In this document: one piece after another, positions 1 to 8,825 of the stretch
Layout: every line of letters begins with the position of its first letter
Position numbering within the stretch: the stretch's first letter is position 1
Origin: a virus
Lineage: Duplodnaviria > Caudoviricetes
DNA: 64,000 nucleotides
Virus record (IMG/VR): IMGVR_UViG_3300028591_000073
Coordinates: 160,001 to 224,000 of that record
Reading direction: 5' to 3' (one strand)
Program-made: the position numbers and the translations under genes
Notes under the pieces: generated by a model
The model's input: only the letters and a program-made list of their open reading frames with translations
Told to the model about the DNA's origin: nothing
Databases searched by the model: none

Positions 1-248
1 CGGTATCTTTTTCCATCAACATGGCCGTCAGAAACACCCTTGTCATCAATGATTCTACCATGTGAAGCATTTGCAATGATGCCAAGTCTATCATACTCGA
101 CCGAATCAATGATACCGTAGTTTTCTATTCGAGCAGACATGGAATTATTTCCAATCTGTTCAAGAATAGAGAACTTCACAACCATGCCAGGTTTTAAATC
201 ATAGGTATTAAAACCGAACTTCTGAATGGGTGTTAATAAATTATTCAT
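1..248 (-). CDS. hypothetical protein, truncated at window edge (MNNLLTPIQKFGFNTYDLKPGMVVKF...)
   Basis: Manually read open frame running off position 1; ATG overlaps stop of upstream gene; shares the F..YDL..G motif of neighbours. Confidence 0.6.
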   Translation of the reverse strand, partial: MNNLLTPIQKFGFNTYDLKPGMVVKFSILEQIGNNSMSARIENYGIIDSVEYDRLGIIANASHGRIIDDKGVSDGHVDGKRY

Positions 249-555
249 CTGATGACCCCTCCTGTTCTTTAGTAAACGAGACTGCATAACAATCTTGTTT
301 TGATTCGAGCAATTCCAATTCATATTCATCCATCTCATTATAATTGATACATAATTCCCAGTTGTTAGCTTTTTTAAAATTTTTGAGTTCAGAGGTTTGA
401 TACGCCCTGGTACAATAAAATGTTAAATGTGTAGGTCTCGCTTCTGTCAAAAGTCCATAATACGTATGGTGGTAATCATGCACAAAGTATGGGGCACCAA
501 CACGAAAACAATCAACATTGAACAACTTACATTCTTTTGTATATTTATCATCCAT
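241..555 (-). CDS. hypothetical protein (small paralogous beta-domain family)
   Basis: ORF track; start moved to MDDKY behind AAGGAGGG RBS; FNVDCFRVGAPY motif. Confidence 0.7.
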   Translation of the reverse strand: MDDKYTKECKLFNVDCFRVGAPYFVHDYHHTYYGLLTEARPTHLTFYCTRAYQTSELKNFKKANNWELCINYNEMDEYELELLESKQDCYAVSFTKEQEGSSDE

Positions 556-571
556 GATAAGTCCCTCCTTG

Positions 572-1021
572 TTATTTGAATGCATAATAATCGGTTACTG
601 CTCCATCGATTGGAACAACTGTTGTATTATCATGAGATAACACCTTTACATCAAAACCCAATTTCGTAGTAGAATTCATATGAATTGACACAGAAAACAC
701 ATCTCCCCAAGCGGTCGTGTCATAAGTGTCAAATAAGTGAATATAACGATACCATGATAATGCTTCATCGTTATTATCGGAAAGATGGCGTTTATCAAAA
801 AATTTATTATTAGAATGAGTAATTGCGGTTTTTACAGACATTAATATTTCAAGATATTCGGGTGTTAATTCTACAATGATACCTCTGTTTGTGATAGTAC
901 AATCAACAACGTCACCACAATCACAATGAGTATCTTTGATGGTAAACTCTACATAATCTCCAACATGCAGTTTGTCCAAATCATACTGATAAACCGTCTT
1001 GGCTATGAAGTAATTCGACAT
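572..1021 (-). CDS. hypothetical protein (same family)
   Basis: ORF 149 aa with GAGGAGG RBS; YDLDKLHVGDYV motif. Confidence 0.75.
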   Translation of the reverse strand: MSNYFIAKTVYQYDLDKLHVGDYVEFTIKDTHCDCGDVVDCTITNRGIIVELTPEYLEILMSVKTAITHSNNKFFDKRHLSDNNDEALSWYRYIHLFDTYDTTAWGDVFSVSIHMNSTTKLGFDVKVLSHDNTTVVPIDGAVTDYYAFK

Positions 1022-1184
1022 AGATATTCCTCCTCGTTATTTATCTAAAAAGCATTTTATAATGGAATAGATAGTTGCTGGGATAATGGTAGATCCCAAC
1101 AACAGTAAAATGATAAAACGTGAAATACGTTCCTTCTTATGCTTATATTCTTCCGGAACATATTTCCAATGGTGGTGTTTTACA

Positions 1185-1403
1185 TTACTTCTCTTCCGAG
1201 GCATTGCTACTCACCAACCCATCCATGTATGGAGAAACAGCATTTACAAACATCGGAAAAGAGAGTGCTTGCCTAAGTAAATTCTGTTTCACTTTTGGAC
1301 GTTCCTCATTCAGTTTATCAAACCCTCGATACATATTATGCTGGGCTTCTAATTCCCCAGAAACATCTATCAGTTCTTCCACAACATTTTTATTCATCAT
1401 CAT
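1185..1403 (-). CDS. small hypothetical protein
   Basis: ORF overlapping upstream stop, same-strand operon. Confidence 0.55.
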   Translation of the reverse strand: MMMNKNVVEELIDVSGELEAQHNMYRGFDKLNEERPKVKQNLLRQALSFPMFVNAVSPYMDGLVSSNASEEK

Positions 1404-1719
1404 TTGGAACTTCTCCCTTCACAACAGCTTCATGATATCCTAACAAACCTTGTTCTTCGAGTACATCATTTGTTACAGACTTCTGACATGCTGTTTGCAT
1501 CTCGGTATATTTCTTTGCAATATTGATTCGTTCAAAACGATAATCATCTGACACAACCATTCCGGGTGTGATGGAAATCTTCCCATATGGTGTTTCGAAC
1601 ACAATAAGATTGTCTTTCACCTCAACGCATTTTCCAATAAATGTATGTTCATATCTGGAAGAAACCGAGTAGCTTTCTCCGATACAAAATACATTTGGAT
1701 TGAATATGATTACATTCAT
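1390..1719 (-). CDS. hypothetical protein (same family)
   Basis: Start moved to MNVII behind GAAGGGAG; FNPNVFCIGESYSV motif. Confidence 0.7.
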   Translation of the reverse strand: MNVIIFNPNVFCIGESYSVSSRYEHTFIGKCVEVKDNLIVFETPYGKISITPGMVVSDDYRFERINIAKKYTEMQTACQKSVTNDVLEEQGLLGYHEAVVKGEVPNDDE

Positions 1720-1738
1720 ATTGATATCTCCCTTCATA

Positions 1739-1960
1739 TTAAATTTTCCATATTTTCCAACCAGAGCCACGATACATGTTGTCAATATCTTTTACCAATA
1801 CGGATTGTTTTGTCCCATTATCAGCATCTCTAAAATGCAGCATCAGATTTTCATCTTTGCCATCACATCCTTCATAGATACCATCTGCACATGTTCCATC
1901 TTTTGTTTGGTATCCATAAACAGCTCCGACAATCATACTATCCTTGATATTATTACTCAT
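1739..1960 (-). CDS. small hypothetical protein, similar to N-terminal domain of 2548..3492
   Basis: AAGGAGG RBS; DSMIVGAVYGY..EGCDGKDENLMLHF vs DGMVVGAIYNF..EGCGEDLLLIF. Confidence 0.65.
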   Translation of the reverse strand: MSNNIKDSMIVGAVYGYQTKDGTCADGIYEGCDGKDENLMLHFRDADNGTKQSVLVKDIDNMYRGSGWKIWKI

Positions 1961-2555
1961 CATCATCCTCCTTTTCACACGCATATACTTCATACCTGTC
2001 AACATTTGTTTTATCAATCTTTATTGAATCCACACTTGATATACCATTTTCCCTAATATAATAATAGAATTCAAGATAATCATCAGTTATATTATTGAGA
2101 CGAATATAATATTTCCATTCTTTTGTTTTGGAATCGTAAATGTGATATGATTGATCAATTTCCAAATGAGCATTCCAAGGATACTCAACTTCCATGTATG
2201 TTAAATTTTCCAACCAGATTAAGCTGTCATCTTCAAGTTTTTCAAGAATTATTTCGACTTTTAAGTTATCAAGATGCTCAATAGACATACTGTATTCAAC
2301 TAATGTATCATCCAACTCACTACTTGTATTCCGATCAAACTGTAATGATACAACTCGGAATTTCAATAATTTACCATCTTCTGTCACTTCATCCAAAATG
2401 GCAAGATGTCTTGTTCCATTTGTAAATGAATACACTGGATTTCTAGTGATATAACAGAACTTCCCACCAGTCAATTCTTGTGCAATTCTATTACAGTCCC
2501 ATACTCTTTTCAGTATGGGACTCTGAAATATCTCAATCTTTTTCATTTTATCCAT
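1953..2555 (-). CDS. hypothetical protein
   Basis: ORF track; start moved to MDKMKK behind GAAGGTGA. Confidence 0.7.
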   Translation of the reverse strand: MDKMKKIEIFQSPILKRVWDCNRIAQELTGGKFCYITRNPVYSFTNGTRHLAILDEVTEDGKLLKFRVVSLQFDRNTSSELDDTLVEYSMSIEHLDNLKVEIILEKLEDDSLIWLENLTYMEVEYPWNAHLEIDQSYHIYDSKTKEWKYYIRLNNITDDYLEFYYYIRENGISSVDSIKIDKTNVDRYEVYACEKEDDDE

Positions 2556-3492
2556 TCTCACCTTCACCTCTACATGTGAGCTCATAAATCTTAATCTTAC
2601 CACTGGCCAATTCATCCTGATATACCTGATAGGTACCAGCAGAATTTTTATCAGATATAACTGCAAATAAAATTGATGATTTACCAGGTATAGGTATTAC
2701 TGGTCCATATAATGACCTATAAATACCATCGGTCTCATTACCATCACTATCTTGAATACGATATGCTTTACCAACCTTCAGTTTGTCAATATCCCATTCC
2801 AGTTTTTCTTCTTTCTTGAAGATGTCGTCTATCTTGATTTCCTCATGAGTGCATGCACTATCACCTTTGAACAATTTGAAATTTGTCTCGACAGGATCGC
2901 ATACGATTTTGTCATGATATAACTTCGCACTTTCGCAAGAAACATCAGTAAATCCCACAGTCCTTGCAAACGCAATATGCATACCAGCTCTATCAAGTGT
3001 TGGTCCATAATAAAGTGCTTCATACCTCTCATTATCGGAATTTTTTATTAAGAAATGACGAACACCATTTGTCGCACGATAAAATGCTTTTTCATCGAAT
3101 TTATATCCTTCGATTTTCTTTACAAGTTGCATTGGCTTGGGAACTGTGTCAGGAGATAATAAAGAATAAGCCCGATTAATTCTTTCACGCAATTTTTTAT
3201 CAAATATTTCATCAAATTCATCAAGAAACTTCATATCAGTTTTATCCTTTTCCTCTTCAATAGGTTTGGAAATGAGACTGGCAGCACCAATATCATTTGC
3301 CATAATACGAAACACCGTGCCATTCTCGGCAGATTTAAAAATCAATAAGAGGTCTTCGCCACACCCTTCAAATCCAATCAACGTATATCTGTATCTCCAT
3401 CCACCAGTACCTTTGCCAATGAAATTATAAATGGCTCCAACAACCATCCCATCACGATATTCTTTTTCAAGCTTTCTTCCATAATTAGTCAT
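2548..3492 (-). CDS. multi-domain hypothetical protein (same family)
   Basis: Start MTNYG behind AAGGAGG; WDIDKLKVGKAYRI motif. Confidence 0.75.
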   Translation of the reverse strand: MTNYGRKLEKEYRDGMVVGAIYNFIGKGTGGWRYRYTLIGFEGCGEDLLLIFKSAENGTVFRIMANDIGAASLISKPIEEEKDKTDMKFLDEFDEIFDKKLRERINRAYSLLSPDTVPKPMQLVKKIEGYKFDEKAFYRATNGVRHFLIKNSDNERYEALYYGPTLDRAGMHIAFARTVGFTDVSCESAKLYHDKIVCDPVETNFKLFKGDSACTHEEIKIDDIFKKEEKLEWDIDKLKVGKAYRIQDSDGNETDGIYRSLYGPVIPIPGKSSILFAVISDKNSAGTYQVYQDELASGKIKIYELTCRGEGENG

Positions 3493-3633
3493 ATTAATTT
3501 CCTCCTTAATGTGATGGAGCAGGACAACCAACAACGATTGCCCCATCTCCAAACATGAATATTATAAACATTATGAACACAATTACTATTGCAAGAAGCA
3601 AATAGAAATCATTATCGGGTCTTTTCATCTGAA

Positions 3634-4401
3634 TCACTCCATGCGATATACATCATAATCAGCATATTCAAATCCAGGACGAACCAGAATCTCTACATAA
3701 CAATTGTCTGGATATTTCGGGTCATTAGAATTGGATGCATCACGTTCTGCAGTGACAAATACCAGACAGGTTTCGGTAATCTGTGACAGTAAAGCAAATG
3801 TAGTCTTACCATCTTTCACAAGGCGATATGGATTTCCAATTTTCAATACATCAAGATTCCATTGTTTCCCCAGTTCAATCAAAGACGTACGATGAATTTC
3901 TTTTCCTGACTTGAAGTTGATGATATAACATTCCTGATTCCAGAGTTTGTCCTTCGTAACACCATACATGTGGGCAACTCCATCGCGGACGTATTCAAAC
4001 ACATGAGCAGCGCTTTCTTCATCATACCGGATATAGATTGCGGGGTACAAAATTTCATCAATACGGAGCATGCAGAATGGATGATAATCATCGGCACCAA
4101 TTATCTCTCGGAAATTAGGTTTCCATCTGTATGGCACATCTTTATCATCTACTAAAAGCTGAATCTTCTTCTCATTATCAGATTCATCAGAATCCAGCTC
4201 AACAACATCCATCAACGAATATGGAGCGATACAAAGGAGTTTACCATCGTCACTGAACAGGAGACTCTTATTACCGCATGAAGGAAACCTCTCAATGACG
4301 AACCTGAGATTATGTTTTTTTACAATATTTTTGTCGTCATCTTCATATGTGATGGTGTACTTTTTACCACATACGAATTCACCTGACCATTGTTTATTCA
4401 T
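3634..4401 (-). CDS. multi-domain hypothetical protein (same family)
   Basis: ORF 255 aa, GAGGAGG RBS; WNLDVLKIGNPYRL motif. Confidence 0.75.
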   Translation of the reverse strand: MNKQWSGEFVCGKKYTITYEDDDKNIVKKHNLRFVIERFPSCGNKSLLFSDDGKLLCIAPYSLMDVVELDSDESDNEKKIQLLVDDKDVPYRWKPNFREIIGADDYHPFCMLRIDEILYPAIYIRYDEESAAHVFEYVRDGVAHMYGVTKDKLWNQECYIINFKSGKEIHRTSLIELGKQWNLDVLKIGNPYRLVKDGKTTFALLSQITETCLVFVTAERDASNSNDPKYPDNCYVEILVRPGFEYADYDVYRME

Positions 4402-4418
4402 AATAAATTCCTCCTCAG

Positions 4419-4607
4419 TTATAATACCCTTGATTCTTCACCATCTATTTCAAGATATGATTTCTTGTGAGATGTCTTATCAACAACCCACATGATTCCA
4501 TTCCATGCCAGAATGAGAATCGTTGTAATTGCCATCGCTTTCGCTTGACCAGTGTAATAGTCTGTGAGACTAATCTTTCTTAAGGTTAACTTTTTCATTT
4601 TCATCAT
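4419..4607 (-). CDS. small membrane protein
   Basis: AAGGAGG RBS; one hydrophobic segment (AMAITTILILAWNGIMWV). Confidence 0.6.
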   Translation of the reverse strand: MMKMKKLTLRKISLTDYYTGQAKAMAITTILILAWNGIMWVVDKTSHKKSYLEIDGEESRVL

Positions 4608-4849
4608 GTTCCTCCTTATAATTATATTTTGCAGTATTTACAACAATAATCGTTCTGCAAATATTAGAAACTATTCTGTCGATTAATAACGTTGCACAAA
4701 TGATTATTATGATAACAATACCAACTGTCATATTTCATGCTTCCTTTCTTCATTATGTTTTTCATGTTTTTTGTATTCATATATCTCATAGATATGACAA
4801 GCAATCGTAATGCATGCACTGATTGCCCAGCAAACAAATAGTGCATTAA

Positions 4850-5017
4850 TCATTCCATATCATCTTCCTGTTCCACCACGTGATATTGTTCATTGAACTG
4901 TTCAAGTGTTAACGTTTCCCAAACGGGAGCGTGAAGATGTTTCACCTTCACATTGTCCTCTGTTTGTTCACGAATCACCACGAGTTCTTTCGTTTCATTA
5001 TTCTGATACAGCTTCAT
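4850..5017 (-). CDS. small hypothetical protein (55 aa, MKLYQNNETKELVV...), below ORF-track cutoff
   Basis: Manually translated; GAAAGG upstream; start context equivalent to that of 5296..5661. Confidence 0.5.
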   Translation of the reverse strand: MKLYQNNETKELVVIREQTEDNVKVKHLHAPVWETLTLEQFNEQYHVVEQEDDME

Positions 5018-5291
5018 TGTTATCATTCCTTTCGAGTGGATGTACTGTCAGTATGAAACATCCATCATCCCATACATATCCACGATGTTCACCATTTATA
5101 TCAGTGAAATTAAAATGCCATTTAGTATCGATGCGTGCATAATTGTTTAAATAACCATCAAAGTCATGCCAGAGAAACGGGCAATTAGATTCATCAAGCC
5201 AATAAAATTTAAAATGATATGGCTCATCTGGCAAGATGTCATCAAGTGAGATTCTTTTTGCTTCGGTTTTCTTTCTTGATTTTATCCTCAT
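4998..5291 (-). CDS. hypothetical protein, paralogue of 5636..5908
   Basis: MRIKSRKK..PYHFK..FDGYL..PLER.DNNEA shared by both. Confidence 0.7.
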   Translation of the reverse strand: MRIKSRKKTEAKRISLDDILPDEPYHFKFYWLDESNCPFLWHDFDGYLNNYARIDTKWHFNFTDINGEHRGYVWDDGCFILTVHPLERNDNNEAVSE

Positions 5292-5295
5292 ACTC

Positions 5296-5661
5296 TCATC
5301 TTCTCATCCTTCCTTTATTGGTAATCACAATTTCTCTCCACAGATAATGTTTTACATCTTCCGGATGTATGAAAAATTTAACACACTCATCCTTTGATAA
5401 ATCATTACGATATATAACGTAATAACCATCTGTCGTCAATTGAATATAACCGTGACCGAGATACATTTGACCTTTCCTGTTAACAAGAGTTCCATGTGAA
5501 GTATTCATGAAATCCTTGTTGTTGGTTGTTAAAAGATTTGGTTTCCCATCAATGAAAAATTCTTTTGCTGTATCATAATATCCAATTTCAAAAAATGGCA
5601 ACTTTTGGTTATTGTCAAAAGCTTCATTTGACAATCTACTTACTTTCTTGATCAGCTTCAT
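5296..5661 (-). CDS. hypothetical protein
   Basis: ORF track, start moved to MKLIKK. Confidence 0.65.
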   Translation of the reverse strand: MKLIKKVSRLSNEAFDNNQKLPFFEIGYYDTAKEFFIDGKPNLLTTNNKDFMNTSHGTLVNRKGQMYLGHGYIQLTTDGYYVIYRNDLSKDECVKFFIHPEDVKHYLWREIVITNKGRMRR

Positions 5662-5908
5662 TATTATCAATCCTTTCAAGTGGGTATGCTTTCAAAATCC
5701 AATGTGATCCCTGCCACAAATAATACCCGAATGGTATCTCGTTTAAGTCCATAAAATGAGCACTAGTTCCTTTAGTTCCTGTAAATTCAACGAGATACCC
5801 ATCAAATTCATAATCAACCTGTCTAATCAATTTAAAATGGTAAGGTATCTCTTTAGATATCTGGTCAAATGGAATCTCATTTCGTTTCTTTCTTGATTTT
5901 ATCCTCAT
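5636..5908 (-). CDS. hypothetical protein, paralogue of 4998..5291
   Basis: Shared motifs and shared DNA at gene start. Confidence 0.7.
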   Translation of the reverse strand: MRIKSRKKRNEIPFDQISKEIPYHFKLIRQVDYEFDGYLVEFTGTKGTSAHFMDLNEIPFGYYLWQGSHWILKAYPLERIDNNEADQESK

Positions 5909-6932
5909 ACTCTCTTACCTCTTTCTCAACATCTACATTGTACTTTTCGTTTATAAAATCCAGTAGACCTTCGATTGGTTCTACAATTGTGGATGTTGTT
6001 TCTGGTAATTCTAGTTTATCAGATTCTTCCACAGGTTCTTCTGTCACCATCTTGTATGATAAGTTTGTATTCTGTTTGTTGATGTTCATGATTTCATGAT
6101 ATGTTTGTAAATCCGTGTTGTCAGAATGAATCACAAACCGATGTGGCGTTTCGATGTTATTGGATAATGCATCACGCAGTTCTTCTGGATTGTGAATCTC
6201 AATGGTTTTGAATTCTTTTGCAAATGGATTCTTAATTGTTGTGACTTTAAAGTCTTTATCACACATGAAGAATACTTTGGGAACATCTTCTCCGTATCGG
6301 AATCGTAATAAAGAACCAGTATAGTATACATTCTCACCAAAGTCGGTGTATTCATGATAATGACCAAATACACATAACTTGGAATGTTGTGATAACCATT
6401 CCACGGAATGCATATATTCAGTACCATGAGCAGTTACCACTTCTTTTTGTTTGGATGACATTGGTCCGTGCCCAACAATCAAATCGAACATTTGGTTTCC
6501 ATTGGATAGTTCGGAATAATCCACATTTCCATATTCTTGTGGTAAATATAAGACCTTCATTCCATTTGTCCATTCCGCAGTACACCAAGTATCCGTATAG
6601 AATACGGATGCTTCCGGAAAATGGTCCAAGAACTGTTTGAAGATTTTCATTTGTTTTCTATCATGGGAGAAGGTTCCTTCAATGATATGAACGGGGACAT
6701 GTTTCATATTTCCCCGTCCACATTCATTCAATACCAATCTAGTTAAGAATCGAGCAGCTTGACAATTCTCTTCGATATTGAGATGTCTATCAAATAAGTC
6801 GCCTGCTATCACAATACAATCACATGGTTCTTCATGTTCTTTAATGAGTTTGAAAGCATATTCCAATGAGTTCATAAAATCTTCGAATGGAAGTTTCACA
6901 CCCAAATGAATATCTGACATAAAGAATATCAC
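5877..6932 (-). CDS. sbcD: SbcD/Mre11-like DNA repair nuclease
   Basis: Metallophosphoesterase motifs SDIHLG, IAGDLFD, EGTFSHD, GH, GHYH, YTGSL. Confidence 0.85.
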   Translation of the reverse strand: MIFFMSDIHLGVKLPFEDFMNSLEYAFKLIKEHEEPCDCIVIAGDLFDRHLNIEENCQAARFLTRLVLNECGRGNMKHVPVHIIEGTFSHDRKQMKIFKQFLDHFPEASVFYTDTWCTAEWTNGMKVLYLPQEYGNVDYSELSNGNQMFDLIVGHGPMSSKQKEVVTAHGTEYMHSVEWLSQHSKLCVFGHYHEYTDFGENVYYTGSLLRFRYGEDVPKVFFMCDKDFKVTTIKNPFAKEFKTIEIHNPEELRDALSNNIETPHRFVIHSDNTDLQTYHEIMNINKQNTNLSYKMVTEEPVEESDKLELPETTSTIVEPIEGLLDFINEKYNVDVEKEVREYEDKIKKETK

Positions 6933-7276
6933 ACGTCATCCTCCTCCTCATGAAGCGAATCATGACCATATATCACATCATTCATACTATAGTCAGTCTC
7001 AAGTTTTGTCATTGTATCAGAGATTTTTTGTCGTGGAATAATGATAAAATGACCATCGATATCCCATGGGTCTGTATACACTCTGAATGGAACATCAGCA
7101 CGTATCAAATCATCATTGATATACTGGGCTAGGTAATTGTTGGAAATATGATAATTGACACAATATTCGAAATACTTCCGGAATATTGGTTCCATGATAC
7201 GAATCCATTTTCTTGTTTCAGAGTATGAACAACCCTGCAATCTCTTCTGACGTTTGTTCTTGATTCTACGATTCAT
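6929..7276 (-). CDS. hypothetical protein
   Basis: ORF 115 aa, GAGGGTGA RBS, basic N-terminus. Confidence 0.65.
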   Translation of the reverse strand: MNRRIKNKRQKRLQGCSYSETRKWIRIMEPIFRKYFEYCVNYHISNNYLAQYINDDLIRADVPFRVYTDPWDIDGHFIIIPRQKISDTMTKLETDYSMNDVIYGHDSLHEEEDDV

Positions 7277-7299
7277 ACTATCACCCTCTTAAAAGAATC

Positions 7300-7653
7300 T
7301 CATTGATTACCACTCCATCCCCATATCAAATCATCATAGTGTTTGTATTCACCATATAGATGTTCACATTCTCTCACATCATCCAAGAATTGACGAGTCA
7401 TACAATCTTTCAAAGCTCCCCTCACACCTGATGCCCATAACAATGAATCTGTATCAAACTTCCATCCAAATTTACGAATTGCTCGTTCTTTCGATGTAAG
7501 TGGTTTCACTCTCTCGTTCAATGACATATCACAGAAATGACATGCTTCTTCAAGCATTGCTGGTTTATAACTTGACATCATTTCTTGCCATATGCTTTCC
7601 ATAAATAAGCTGTCTCTAATCCATTCATCAATTCTCGTCCAATCATCAGTCAT
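7300..7653 (-). CDS. hypothetical protein
   Basis: ORF 117 aa in operon. Confidence 0.65.
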   Translation of the reverse strand: MTDDWTRIDEWIRDSLFMESIWQEMMSSYKPAMLEEACHFCDMSLNERVKPLTSKERAIRKFGWKFDTDSLLWASGVRGALKDCMTRQFLDDVRECEHLYGEYKHYDDLIWGWSGNQ

Positions 7654-7667
7654 GTATCATTCACTCC

Positions 7668-7874
7668 TTAACTAAACTTTTCAATGATCATATGATCAAA
7701 CCATTCTTCCGGTAAACTAAATATGCTATTCATAAAATCATCCCGAAGAAATTTGAGAAATCCCCCACGGTTACCAACATACTTTCCCATCACGGGATAT
7801 CCATCCTCATCAATTTTAATGATATACCAAGCATCTATGGCGAGGTCTTTGTAACTATTCACTCTGTTGTTCAT
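7668..7874 (-). CDS. small hypothetical protein
   Basis: AAGGAG RBS, in operon. Confidence 0.6.
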   Translation of the reverse strand: MNNRVNSYKDLAIDAWYIIKIDEDGYPVMGKYVGNRGGFLKFLRDDFMNSIFSLPEEWFDHMIIEKFS

Positions 7875-7888
7875 ATAACGTATACTCC

Positions 7889-8725
7889 TTAATCGTAGAA
7901 TGGGTCATGAACAAAGGAAGAACCTTCTTCCATTACCCTCATAAATAATGGCATGTTTTTATCCAACAACTCTTGTTCTCCAAAGTGTTCAGGACACTCC
8001 TTAATGTGTTTGGAGAATTCTGGTTGTGCTTTAATCACTTCTGATAATTCTACAGGTTTAATACGACCACCCAACCATGCAACATCAATATGATTATTGT
8101 AATGGACCCAATATTGGGGTTGTCTTGAATTACCTTCTAAATTAACGCCAATTCCAACTTTCGTAGGAGGTTTACTATGAATATGTCCGTGCACATTCAA
8201 TTCACAATCATGTTCTTGTGGCATGTGTGAAAACAGAATGTCATGCCATTTAAAAGAATCCACGATGTATAAGAAACCACATGACCGGTAAAACTCCTGG
8301 TCAAACAAATCATTGTTGCCACGAACCAATACTTTCTTGCATACGATTTCTCTCATTTGATTTCTCAAAGAATCTTTATCTTGAAATTCACCATCGACCA
8401 AATCACCAAGATTGATTAATAGGTCATTCAACTTTACGATTGATTCAACAGCTTTGATGACTTGGCTGAAGTCTTTGCGTTTGTTACAAGCTGGCTGATT
8501 CTTGGAAATACGTTTCCAAAGATGCCAGTCTGTACATAACCAAACGGTATTTCCACGTTCACGTGTCTCATCAATGAGTTTTGCAATATGACTTTGGTCA
8601 GGATGCTGTTCTGCATCTTTCAAACGTTGTAACATCTTTTCTTCTTTGATACGACGTTTCTCTTCACGTCGTTCGGTACGTTTTTCAGCCATTGCTTTGC
8701 GGGTTTCATCACTATGTCTTGGCAT
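7889..8725 (-). CDS. calcineurin-like metallophosphoesterase (phage type)
   Basis: Motifs TDWHL, LGDL, RGNND, SHMP, VHGHIH; charged N-terminal extension. Confidence 0.8.
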   Translation of the reverse strand: MPRHSDETRKAMAEKRTERREEKRRIKEEKMLQRLKDAEQHPDQSHIAKLIDETRERGNTVWLCTDWHLWKRISKNQPACNKRKDFSQVIKAVESIVKLNDLLINLGDLVDGEFQDKDSLRNQMREIVCKKVLVRGNNDLFDQEFYRSCGFLYIVDSFKWHDILFSHMPQEHDCELNVHGHIHSKPPTKVGIGVNLEGNSRQPQYWVHYNNHIDVAWLGGRIKPVELSEVIKAQPEFSKHIKECPEHFGEQELLDKNMPLFMRVMEEGSSFVHDPFYD

Positions 8726-8793
8726 AAAATACCATCACCTTTCTTATTTTGTAATTTTTTGTGATATAAGAATGTAGATAAATGCAAAAAAGA

Positions 8794-8815
8794 ATCCCCC
8801 GCATATGCGGGGGAT
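8794..8815. terminator. GC-rich palindrome with GCATATGC core; further copies at about 11304, 17483, 24668, 31046, 33533, 40387, 51125, 58652
   Basis: ATCCCCCGCATATGCGGGGGAT; copies lie just after genes, often between convergent genes. Confidence 0.7.
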
Positions 8816-8825
8816 ATGAAATGCA

